64,000 nucleotides of DNA from Vezdaea acicularis (GCA_026025075.1 JAPEUI010000031.1:62001-126000), one strand, 5' to 3'. Positions 37,079-48,529 are shown, numbered from the stretch's first letter. The notes: generated from the letters alone by a model not told the origin. Made by a program: numbers and translations.

Positions 37079-38593
37079 TCGATGGGTTTGCCGTCAAGCA
37101 ATAAATATATTGCCAGGTAATGGGGTGGTGCTCTAGCATTGGCATAGAGCGCCGTAAGAGTATGAAGTACGTTGGAACTTGTGAATCGGCACTCACCCCC
37201 TCCGTCATATACCATGACTGGTATGGTATGGTGGGTAGGAATGGACGTCGCCTGCAGGGCTGTGCCCGAAGTAAGTAAAGCAAGCCCAGAGGCTCACTAA
37301 CATCGCCAGCCTTATTAGATTGCTGTATCAACCTGGAATCTTACCGCTTTCCTTATTTGGAACTTAACCCCATTTGTTCAGTCCCTTCCGTGAATCATGA
37401 ATAGTTAGAGACGGTATTCATGGGAAGACCAACATGAGTGCGACTTTACCCGGGGAGGTGCCATAATTGCACCATCGGGTATAGGCAACCCCCCATGATA
37501 CATGGAATGGGTACTGTAAGCCCTTTGGTGAGTCCACTGTTGCTGGGAAACGCGGCTGGCGTAGCATGTCCTTCCGCCATCCTTCGGCTTTGAAACGCGC
37601 CTGGCGTTCTAATTGGGACACGGCAGATTCCAAGGAATCCTGAATGATTGAACCCATGGCTTGACAAGGCAGAAGCTCCAGTCAGTCGCTCAGCGCCACC
37701 ACATTCTACAAACGGTAAGCTCGGGGTTCAAATCTTAAGCTGTCTTGCGATAGGTTATGGAGAAGTCTGTAAGTGATTCATTCACACGAAGGTAAGTAAT
37801 CGATTATACACATAATTATGGTGCAAAAAGTTATGCCAAAGTTGTCTGCTGACACATAGCATACTCGCGCAGACGAAAGAGGACCGTATACCCTCGCTCA
37901 AAGGTCCCTTGCACTTACCGACACATCAGCTTCCCGATTCCCAGAACAACGTTTCCAGGACTCTCGTACCGGTCACGAGGTGCCTTGTCTTTGGACAGCA
38001 ATACGTCTGCACCCACCCTCCCCAGTTTTAGAACGCATAACGGCGCCAAATTGTTTGACGAGAGCGCGGCGAATTCAGGCGAAGTGGTGTGCAGCGGATT
38101 ACTAAAATAGCCGCCCCAGCCTCGTTTCTTCGACGCGTTACAGGCCTCAGCCAATTCGCCCGATTCTCATCGCGGAAACAACGGCGATGATCTTGTCCCC
38201 CACACCTGGTAAGCTCCAGATTCCGTCTATGCGGTATCCCGTCCGTGGGCGTGGAGATGAAACAATTCATGCGTGTTGCGCATGTTGCGTCAACCTAGTG
38301 AGGCTGAGCAAGTCAAGCTACGCACGCGGGGGCCGCCAATGCGATTTACTTGGTGGTGTTGGTAAAATTGCGCTCGTCGCGTGTATGGGATTATCCAATT
38401 ACCACGACGTACCCATACCAAAAATCGAAGAAACATGTAGATTGTATTCGAGGAGAAATATCGACGAGTTGTTTACTATGCCAACAGAGCAACCGAAGGA
38501 CACCCTTTAACTCCAGCTAGATATCACAACGCCCCCAAACACCCGCCAAACACCGCCAAACACGACCAAACGCCACACTTAGGTTGAAACGCC

Positions 38594-40422
38594 TTATTTG
38601 TGCTTTTCCGAGCACAACCCACAAGACCATCCTGAGGCAAAGAGAGTATCGATAGTGTTGACTATGAAATATCAGCGTTCTAATTCATCTGAAGGCTGGC
38701 AACGAGAAAAATGAACGACATACCTATCCACTTATGTAATCCGGTCCTTTCCGCTCCGTCCTTTAGAATTGATTTTTCTTCCAGAAGCGATGGCGGCGCC
38801 ACCTGGGCTGAAGGCTGTGATGGCGGAATTGGTTGTCCCTCGGCGGGCACGGGAGTTACTTGTGCTGAAGGCTGTGCTGGCAGAACAGGTTGCCCCTGAG
38901 CGGGCAATGAAGTTTCTTGTACCGCAGTCTGTACTAGTGGTGCGGACTGGCTCTCATCAGGTACGTCGGAAACCTTCGAAGGGACCGGAGAGTATTGGAC
39001 AGGCTTAGGTGACGCATTGAAGACAAACATTGATTGCCCTGTAATGTACCAGGACTCTGTCTCCAGCTGAGGCGTCTTCCTTGAAAATGGGTCCGCCTGT
39101 GCGGTTGCTTCTGCTTTTCGATTGGCGCCATGCTCTACTGTTCCTTCGTCCGCCTTTGCAGCTTCCCTGATAGCGAGGAAGGCATTTGCGAGAAGTCTTT
39201 GACTGGAGTCTGTCGACTCTTCTTCCATGATTGGCTTTCGTCCGATCGACTCTGTCTCCAGCGGAGGCGTCTTCCTTGAAATTAGGTCCGCCTGTGCGAT
39301 TGCTTCTGCTTTTCGATCGGCGCCATGTTCCACTGTTCCTTCGTCCGCCTTTGCAGATTCCCTGACAGCGAGGAGCTCCTTTACGATATCTCTTCCACTG
39401 GGGTCTGCCCACTCTTCTTCCTCGATTGACTCTCTTCTGGTCAACTCTTTCTCTTTGGGCTCATCATGTACGCTTCCTTGTTTTCCTTTCCCCAGCATTG
39501 CAAGGGGGGAAAGTGGCTCTGCAGATGTGTTCCTGCTTGCTGCCGGTGTGGTTGCTGGAGTGTCTGGAAGATTGGGGTTGGGAGTGCCATCGCGCTCAAC
39601 TTCGGAATCAGATCCCACAGACTCGGCATCGGCCTTGTCATCCTCGAATTCTTCTTTGTGGGGCTTTACCTCGTTGTGGGTTTTGAGCTCGGGGCGCGTT
39701 GGTGGGCCCCAGAAGCTGACAGGTTCAACATGCTCGGGTTGGGACCGGACAGGAGATTCCTCGCGCCTCAGCGACATGGCCAACGCGTTTGCTTGAGCTG
39801 GCAACCTCCTCGTGACTTGAGAGGTTGTTGTTTGGGGGCTTATCATTGTCTGCACGTAAGGCTCGTCGTCCAACACTCTCCGTGGTCGAACCACAACTCT
39901 CCGTTGAACGGTTTCAGGTGCAGTATAAGGCTCGATCTTAGGCGCGGAGTATCGCACCCTCTCAGGTGCAGTATATGGCTCGCTCTCATATTCAGTGTAT
40001 GGCTCGATCTTAGGTTCGGTGTAGGGCTCGATCTTCGGCACGAGATATGGCACGATCGTTGACCTGGAACGCGGCGCCATCGCCGAGTTCCAGAGGGCGT
40101 AGAGTCCCCCACAAGCCTCAGCTTCCTGGACCCACTCCCGCACGACGCGATCAGCCTGTTCCTGGTGAACGTAGCGCGACCAGCCTTGGCCGCCTCGCTG
40201 GAGACAGAGCATGGAGAGCGCGATGGTCGTCAATTCCTGGCGAAGCCGCGATCCGGACAGCTTGCCCGTCGCCGCCGCTTTCAGCTTGGCTACACATGTT
40301 CCTGGAACATGTTTGGTTCTGATGCCCTTGCGGCATCTGTTGCCCGTGGTTATGGCGATTGCGATGCACGATTCCTCTCGGAATTGGTTCCGGACGAGCT
40401 TTCTCAACGTTGGTGGATCCAT
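38594..40422 (-). CDS. Orphan paralog of the adjacent T5orf172 gene, lacking the nuclease domain and rich in repeats
   Basis: The N-terminal ~105 aa align with the neighbour's N-terminus. A probable intron at 38723-38662 (GTATGT..GCTGAT..TAG) gives the C-terminus WIVNTIDTLFASGWSCGLCSEKHK. The unspliced ORF stops at 38680. Confidence 0.7.
39053..39427 (-). repeat. Internal 195-bp-period (65-aa) duplication
   Basis: 39053-39232 matches 39248-39427 (AKADEGTVEHGAxRKAEAxAQADxxSRKTPxLETES twice). Confidence 0.9.
39917..40038 (-). repeat. PKIEPYT(E/A)-type 24-bp coding minisatellite
   Basis: PKIEPYTE PKIEPYTE YESEPYTA PERVRYSA PKIEPYTA. Confidence 0.85.
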
Positions 40423-40927
40423 GTTGCGAAGGTGGCTACAAACACCTTTGATCAAGTCTGATGGTATAATTGGTTAGTAGAATATAGTAAAGAAACACCC
40501 CTTCAGACAGTCGAACCATCCGCCGGACCCTGCCTCCCTTATAAGGGGAAAAGTCAAGGCAGCTATCGTGACTCCATATGCGCGTACGGTCGAAGCTTGC
40601 TTGCGCCGCCGCAGCAGCAGCAGTGGGGGGTGTGGTATGTCCTCAGGCTTGCCATAATTAGCGCCGGCCCATCGTGCGTCCTGGCAAGCCTCACGCGCAC
40701 GCCTCTCAAAACGCCTACTCTCCACAACCTCGAGAGGTGTTCATGCACTCGATAACGGGCAACGAGGGGGGCTGTGTGCGGGTGGGGTCAAGCATATCCC
40801 TGGCGGTTCGTCCGTCAGGTTAAAAAATTCGCCAATCACGATTAACCAACTCTTTTTCGCTTGGGCGGTGGTTGTATCGTTCTGTCTGCCTCTCTTCCCC
40901 CTCCCAAACTCCTTCCCAAAACTCCTC

Positions 40928-41401
40928 CTACCGATCTATGTATACACAAGCAACCGCCCACCCGCACCCGCACCACCTCCACCACGCCAGAAAAAAAGTA
41001 AGAAAGAAACAGAAACTAGTAAACGCGTCGTCCTGACGCGTTCGACCCTTTTCGGTATCTGCATCATCTCCTTTGCTGGGCGCGCAAGGACCAAAGGACT
41101 TGTTTCGACCGGGGTCAGCAACCTGGACAGGGGGGACGGCTTCATCGGATGAACCTGCCTGCTTCCCCGGGAAGAAAGCCCCGCGATCCCGCGCGGGAGG
41201 CGCAGACTGGTTCTCGTCCCCCTCCTCCTCCGCCCCTGACGTGTGCGTGTGTTCGCTACGGAGGTGTGGTATGGTATGGTATCGCGAGGACGGGGGGCTT
41301 GGCGTGAGGCGAAGATGGTGGTAAGGGGGGGGTTAACTGCCTTCTAACGGCTTTTCGTCAGGGATGCATGCGCGATTGATAAGGGGTGTGTGTGTGGTCA
41401 T
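40928..41401 (-). pseudogene. Candidate small membrane-protein gene interrupted by one in-frame TAA
   Basis: ATG 41401 MTTHTPLINRACIPDEKPLEGS*PPPYHH..DTEKGRTRQDDAFTSFCFFLTFFLAWW..TAG 40928. Single internal stop at 41333-41335. Confidence 0.3.
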
Positions 41402-41494
41402 GTGGACGTGTTTCTGTATCGATGTTGTGTTTATCGGTGCTAGTCATTACCAGGAGCTCGCTAATACTAGGAGTTCGCTGCAGGTTGCGCACCA

Positions 41495-41852
41495 AAACTA
41501 GTCATTTTTGACGCAATGCTGAGATACCCACAGCGCTTCAAATCAGCTGTGCTTCCAAGTATAGATAGAGAAATACAAGCTTATGAGTATGTGCCAGCTA
41601 TATTTGCGTTAAATGAAAGCATGCATTTGCAATTGAATTCGGCGCAAAATGATCATTTTACCGCCTAAATTGGGCATTTTTTTACGCAATTCTTACTCAA
41701 CAACCACATGCTTAAATCGTAGGATTATTACATATAATTCATTAGCCTACTCTCAAATATCTATCATATAATTTTAAGTGACACCTGCTGTGTGGTGATT
41801 GTAATGCAGCAGTACTGCCTGTTACATACAAATTGACACTTTTTGACGCATT
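41495..41852. repeat. AT-rich block with iterated CAYTTTTTKACGCA motif
   Basis: Copies at 41495-41517, 41667-41690 and 41830-41852, plus degenerate or inverted copies near 41601 and 41646. Confidence 0.5.
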
Positions 41853-43947
41853 CCCAAAGGATAAATTAGCCCATAGGTAAAGGCAAATTTATATGCAAAA
41901 GATGCTAAAGCCATCATTCATGCAGGACCCCAATTTTTAGAGCATTGCATAATGTTGTGGTTGAGTTATTGCGGGTTAAAGAAAATATTGGCGATGTTAC
42001 GGTGGGTGGCGAGCATGTGGTAAGGACGTCTAGATAGAAACTCGTCGTCGCGGTTTTAGTGAGCCGAGGCTCTGGAGTTTTGTCGTCGCGCGGCTGATGC
42101 TTGTCTGATTTTCTCTACTTACTGTAGGGTTCTTGCTGTGGCATGCCTCGCGTTAACCCGGGCACACGTTTCCGTGGATATATATGTGTATTTTTTCTAC
42201 TGGAAACGTAGGGGTTCATGATCTGATCCTTGCGCTTGCTTCTCTATTCCCGCTTCTATCGGAGCTACGTGAAGGCTTGCAACGGTTTTTAGTTGTATGA
42301 GCACGTCCCTTCCCCAAATGCTTGGTCTCCTTCTCTATGTCCTCCGTACCACAACTCTAACGCCTACCATGGCGCGAACACACATCCTGCGCCCGCAAAA
42401 TCCCGGCAAGCGTATTGTTCATAAGGGAGTTGTCCCTTTATCTGATATATCTCCAATCCCGAACAGACCTGAGGAGCTCACCAGTACAGCTCCACATGAA
42501 AACACAGTACAGAGGACTCATTCCTGGCCAGCTCGGCCGTAATTACCCTGGTTTCAGCCTTGAGAACAAAAATCACATTTGACCGGAATGGTACCTCACC
42601 CCCTGCTGCGCTTGCGGAATCCTGTCTGCTCGTTCGCGGTCTGTTGCGCTGCTGAGGCCCTCCTACTCTCCTCTCAATGCTCCACAATACCGGCTCATCG
42701 CAAACGGGACTGAACCTCCACTGGAGAGCTACCCAGAGTGAGATGGATTGTTGGATATACTTATCCATACAGAAAGTGGGTCGGTCGCGCGGCCAAAAAT
42801 GATGTTCTTGCCCCTTTTCAAAGGCAAAAGATACTAGATCTTTGGAATCTCCTTGTCTAATTCTGAGAGCAGGATTGTGCGAGGTATTGGCCCATAGCTC
42901 GTTTATTGTAGCTGTATAGCAATTTGCTGCGCAGAATAGGAACTTGCATGCGAGTTCGTGTGGAAGAATCGAGCTCGTATACTAACTTTGTGTCAATGTG
43001 GTTAAGTCGAAGTAACAGCCTTGCCATTATCCGCAACTTTATTAGTAGTAGCTCGAACAAAAGCAGATGGCGACATATATGCCGGGCCGGGTTTCATGTC
43101 CTCAGCAGCAGAGGCTAGTAGGAAACGTTAGAAGATCTATGAGATAAAACAAACATTGACAACGTACCATTTTTCAATATTGATAGCTGCTTTGGTCGCT
43201 AGAACTGGCATTGGAGGCTGTTTGGCACTACTCTTAGTACGAGGCATTCTTCCAGTTGGAGTGAACGCTTCGTAGGAGATCTTAGGGTGACTAGTTCCGT
43301 TGAAACTATAGGCTTTGTTCTTAGATCCTAAGACCAAATACAAAGGAGACACCTGAGTTGAGACCCTAGCTCAGGAGATCGGTGGCTTTGTCAGGAGCAA
43401 CGAGCAAACAAGAAGGAACAAATCTTGTGACCATTCAAGGAAAGATGAACGTCAAGTGCGGACATTCGAGTCCATATAACTCTACCTATTCATGGGGGGA
43501 GAAGATCATAATTTCACTTCATCCGGCCAAATGCTAAGCAGCGGCGGAGGAAGTGGGTGTGAAACTAGTATGAACTATCATCTCCGCATGCGCAGGTACT
43601 CGTATTAGCTCAGCTTACGGTTCCACCGACAGTGATAGCCAACAGAACAATGATATCTTCAACAATGGAACACAATTCATTGATTGGCAGCTCCATAATA
43701 GCAGCCTCCCCAATAGGTCACCATGCCAACTAGGGGGATTGTGTCCGTCTGCTTTCACAAGTCTCGTGCCCTGAGGAATCAACACCACCACGGCTGCTGG
43801 TATACGAACAGAATGGGGGCCGCTGCGGCCGTCCGCCATATTGCAGAAAGGGGTTCATAGCTGTCGCATTGTAAGACTTGCTAGCAATAACTCCCCTTCC
43901 ACCTACCCATCAATTTTGGTTGACGAGCCATTTGGAATGGAAAGATG

Positions 43948-46267
43948 TCAATCCTCCTGGTATTCAAGAGAGGTACTGTGTCTCGCACAAGCCGGCAAAA
44001 ATTCTGACCCCACACTATCTCGAAGGTAGTACTCATGAACCAGATCTTGAACGTGATCATCGTCTGGGGTAGGTAGTGATGTCTCCGCTGCCAGCGAATC
44101 ATCTAGTAGTCCTGTATACTTGTAAATTGTGGCCTTTGCGCGTCGAGCGAGGTCAGAGATACCTTCTGCAATGGGGCCTCGAGTAGTGAGCGCCTGAGCA
44201 CGAGCTGTCTCATTCTCTCTAAGTCTTGCCATTGCCACGACGTTCAATCCGAGTGGCCTGCTCGACTGAGGTGTAATAGCGTCCCAAGGTTCCAGATACA
44301 GCTCCCGTGGTATGAAGCCAGCGTGACTTCGGTACATCTTGCTCACGCGCGACTTGTTGACCAAGACTAGTGCCGCACTATGCCAACCAGCTGCAGCTAT
44401 ACTTAAAGTAAAATAGGCAGGCTGATGTATGCCCCACATTTCGTCGACGCCGTTATCGAGGTCAGGGTGTAGATCCCAGTCAGAGCCAATGGCTTCGATT
44501 TGCTCCGAAAGACGAGCTTGAATTGGGGCCATACGCAGAGAATGATCCAGTTCACGATAAGTTCTCTCAGACATGAAACGCAGCCATTCCCTTTGCTCCG
44601 GCGAGAACCATATTTCTCGGCCTTTATCCTTGATGTCATAATGGAGCATCTGGTCAATGCGACGTCGACGTATGTGTAATCCTCTCAAATAGCCTCCTGC
44701 TGGTAATCCGCCAAGTCCAAGCGATCCGCACCCCTGAGATTCGGTCCCGAACGATATGAGCTTCCCTGAGGCAGTAAGAGCATGCATGTGATGATCTCCG
44801 AATGCCAAGGATATTATATCTCGATTTTGAAGACCTGGAGGCCGCTGAGGCGACATATTTTCCAGAGAGTCCAGTTCGTGGGTATATGTAGCAGCCCACT
44901 GACGGCGAAGTAGTTGCACATTACCGATAATGATATCGCCATCCGTGTTGAAAACCGCAAATGACCGGAAAGAGCCTTGTATATCTTTCATGTTCGATCG
45001 ATTTTCGGATGGATCAAAACCCTCTAGCTCCAGTGGCCCCATCTCAATTGTTTTCCCGCTTTCGAAATTAACTGCAAAGACCTTGCCCAGGTCACTAAGG
45101 AAGACAATAAAATGCTCTAAAACAACATGACTGATAATCTCTCCGATAGTGTTACCAATTTCATCATCTCGAAATTTCCATGGATCTTTCACGCTTCTTT
45201 GAAATGAAGTTCTAGGAATTGTGTGAGCGTTGACTAAGATAGTGTTGTGATATTCATCTACGTTCTGCCGGGTAGACTGCCAGACTAGAAGTCCTTCGCC
45301 GGCAACATAAGCCGTGCTCCTGTCCCATCCTGCAACTACCGTCTTCACCTTGGGGGCAAAATTAGTTCCGTCATCATCTTCGGCAAGGTCGATATTGTGA
45401 AATTTGACTTGGTAGGCAGGAGCTTCTTTATCACCTAGCGGGTCACCCCATTGCCAAATTTCGCCGCTGTCTGACAACGCTAGGATGTGAGATCTTCCGG
45501 ATGAGAATTGGGCAATCGTAGTCGCTCGAGGAGACAAGGAACGATCAACCGGAAAGCGAAGGAGGCTCCAGTGATCCGGTTCACGATTGCTACCAGGACC
45601 ATTTCTGGAATGGTTGATAAGACCGGCGACATGTAGTTCTCCTCTACTTGTAAGAACGCTCGTTGACCACCCACTGTCTCGAATCGTCAGCGAAATTATG
45701 AAGAGCATGGCGTGGTAATAGAAGAATTCAGAGGGGCAACGAAAATTAGTGCTTAGAGAAGTCGAGAGTATTACTGGACTACGTAATCAAGTATTGTGGA
45801 TAGACTGCCGGCGGAACGTTGAGATAGGAGATTCAGGTAGGGTCTGAACCCCTGTGGCAGAACATCAATATCAGAATCATTACTCACCCACACTGAACAT
45901 CAACCACTGGATGTTTTATTTCCAAGCCAACTTTAGAAGGCCATGCCTCACTCGTATGGAACCTAGATCTACCTCGGGCCAACCCCCGATCATGACCCAA
46001 ATTTCCCGATTGCCCATTACCCCAAGTGTACACCGTGCTCTCGGTTGCAAGTCTTTGGTACAACTCCTTCCACCTTGATCCATATGTGTTCAGAAGCGGT
46101 TGGTTTGGGACTCTAAAGGTTGATTGCACGAGAGGCCTCCAGTAAGCTGGGTCAGCTTTGTACGGTGCTAGTGCCCTACAAGTGCTAGTGAAATTGACGA
46201 AGTCCTTTGCAGTCAGGAGAGCAACCACAAGGAGAATTATATCCTCTGGTAGATCTAGGAGAGCCAT
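43948..46267 (-). CDS. F-box protein with RCC1-like repeats (Saf1/Pof9-like)
   Basis: N-terminal F-box LLDLPEDIILLV..TCR..PAYW. RCC1 motifs VYTWGNG, VQCG|GWSTSVL, SSGRSHILAL, AFGDHHMHAL, AAAGWHSAAL. Intron 45887-45674. Confidence 0.85.
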
Positions 46268-46900
46268 TCTGTCGTTCGAGAAGAAATCTTCACTGTATGT
46301 CTCTTAAAGAACTTCGGGAAATGGACAGATATTTAATGAAGGCAGTAACCGGATAGGTGAATGAAAGCACCAAACAGAAGCCTAAGCAGCTCAAAAGGAT
46401 TGAGCCTTTGCTTTCAGTGTTTCTTCCCGGGGTTTGACGTTCCTATTTCAATTGGCCATAGAGGAAGGTTTCAAAGAGCGCTTAAAGTCGGCACTATTGT
46501 TGTGAGCTTAGGTCTTGGAACACTAAGCTTGCTCTAATACACAAGTTTTGATCCGGAAAGTCTCACAAGATCGGTTTGACATGGTAGTCGATACACTTGT
46601 AGCTAGGAAATATTAAGCCATTGGTCGTTTGATTTGTAGACTTAGGAATCCTTCGAATTCAGCCACTAATTCTCTAATTATCGCTGCCTTTGAGTACGTC
46701 ATGTCTCGCCTCCAGAGAAGCTTCCGTTTCGTGACAAAATGCACGTGAGTGACTTGCGGCAACTCTTTTCCTCTAGAGCAGTACCTTTAACTAGAATGAG
46801 TCTCTGAAATATCAATAACTTGGAGTCCCTTTTTGTAAAGCAACTAGAATGATGACCTAGCTCGAAATCTAAGTGATAGAACACATGCGAGGTCCGGTGA

Positions 46901-46945
46901 TCGCGCGGCAAGAAACACAGCGAGCGCGTCGGTAAAGTCGCGCTA
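46901..46945. promoter_or_regulatory. MCB-like CGCG cluster upstream of RNR2
   Basis: TCGCGCGG at 46901, AGCGCGTC at 46923 and GTCGCGCT at 46938, 150-200 bp upstream of the ATG. Confidence 0.5.
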
Positions 46946-47096
46946 GACGGCAGTGACCACTTTAAGTACGAAAACACCGGCCTCTTCATCCCACCTTCTC
47001 TTTGTCCTACCTCACACCTCCGTTCTTCACAGCTTTGCAATCTCACAGCGTCCAATTGCTCCCTTATACTATAAGTCGCACTTCCTAACTGACAGT

Positions 47097-48529
47097 ATGT
47101 CTGCTCAAGTCACACCATCAAAGAACGTAAGTTGGCCCCCACTACACGACGTGTCCCAGTATTAACAAGCATCATTCCAAGACGATCAACAGCATGGAAA
47201 AGCTCAAGATGGGCGACTCACCAGCCAAGATGCTTAACCTTGACTTGGCCGGCAAGGAGAACGTCTCAATGCGCGCCACCGTGATCGACGATTCTGGGAT
47301 TAGAAAGCCTATTTCGAATACGGTCAATGTCGACGAGAAGATCCTTGAGAAGCCTCTTGCCGTGACCGTAGCTCCAGGTATTAAGCCTGAGGAGGCTAAT
47401 GAGCCTTTGCTTCAAGAAAATCCCAATCGTTTTGTCTTGTTCCCTATCAAGTATCACGAGGTTCGTGTCGTCTTGACGCGTCACGCGTAAAGTGTTTTTG
47501 CAGGTGTCGAAGCTGACTTACCTTCCATAGATCTGGCAAATGTACAAGAAAGCGGAGGCATCCTTTTGGACAGCTGAAGAGATTGACCTGACAAAGGATC
47601 TTCATGACTGGAACAATCGCTTGAATGATGACGAACGCTTCTTCGTCTCTCATGTTCTTGCCTTCTTTGCTGCTTCTGATGGCATTGTGAACGAAAATCT
47701 CGTCGAGCGTTTCAGCGGCGAAGTCCAAATTCCAGAAGCACGATGCTTCTACGGATTTCAGATTATGATGGAAAATATTCATTCTGAGACATACTCCCTC
47801 CTCATTGACACGTACATTAAAGAGCAGAAGCAACGCACATACCTCTTCCAAGCTATTGACACTAGTAAGCTTTCGAAGGCAATCTTTCAACATATAATGC
47901 TCACGTGTCTACTAGTTCCATGCATCCGTAAGAAGGCAGACTGGGCCATCCGATGGATCCAAGATAAGAAATCCACTTTTGCCCAACGCTTGGTTGCCTT
48001 TGCGGCCGTTGAAGGTATCTTCTTCAGCGGATCCTTTGCTTCTATCTTCTGGCTTAAGAAACGTGGCTTAATGCCTGGCTTGACATTCTCGAACGAGCTC
48101 ATCTCGCGCGACGAAGGCATGCATACCGACTTTGCCTGCCTGCTCTTTTCCCACCTTAACAACCGACCAAGCAAGGAGGCCGTCCAGGCTGTTATCACTG
48201 AGGCAGTTGAGATTGAACAAGAGTTCCTCTCGGATGCTCTACCCTGTGCTCTGCTCGGCATGAATGCGAAGTTGATGTGCCAATACATTGAATTCGTCGC
48301 GGATCGTCTCCTCGTGGCTTTAGGCAACCCTAAGTTCTACAACTCGACAAACCCTTTCGATTTTATGGAGAACATCTCGCTGGCTGGCAAAACCAACTTC
48401 TTTGAGAAGCGTGTCGGTGATTACCAGAAGGCTGGCGTAATGGCAAGTACCAAAGAGAAGGCGGAAACAACAGGTGAAGAGAAACAGAATGAGAATGGTG
48501 GGGACTTCGCATTCGATGAAGACTTCTGA
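47097..48529 (+). CDS. RNR2: Ribonucleotide reductase small (R2) subunit (3 introns)
   Basis: [73 protein letters not shown]-terminal FDEDF. Confidence 0.97.

Noticed and set aside
37665..37747. tRNA-like element (8-bp closing stem CAAGGCAG/CTGTCTTG and B-box-like GGTTCAAATC)
   Set aside because: The T-stem pairs poorly, there is no U8 or D-loop GG, and no proper anticodon arm. At best a relic; tRNAscan-SE would decide.
38531..38575. (CCAAACAC)-like x4 repeat as a telomeric or regulatory element
   Set aside because: A short degenerate 3'-UTR microsatellite that does not match TTAGGG.
38680..38730. C-terminal transmembrane anchor of paralog B (WIGMSFIFLVASL)
   Set aside because: It coincides with a canonical intron, so it is probably intron read-through.
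41495..41852. CRISPR-like repeat-spacer array
   Set aside because: Eukaryotic context, degenerate repeats, spacers of about 150 bp and no cas genes. Kept only as a motif array.
34354..42289. Identical 16-mer GGCTTGCAACGGTTTT near both ends of the accessory island, as a possible target-site duplication
   Set aside because: About 0.5 such matches are expected by chance in 64 kb, there is no flanking similarity, and the left copy lies only ~50 bp from the ARO80 ATG, which would put the ARO80 promoter inside the element.
42297..43900. Short ORFs as a degraded gene or transposase
   Set aside because: I see no recognisable motif or consistent frame, so I cannot support a call without BLASTx.
45674..45887. 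snoRNA or cassette exon within the unusually long (214 nt) F-box gene intron
   Set aside because: No convincing C/D or H/ACA box layout, and the internal CAG is too close to the donor.
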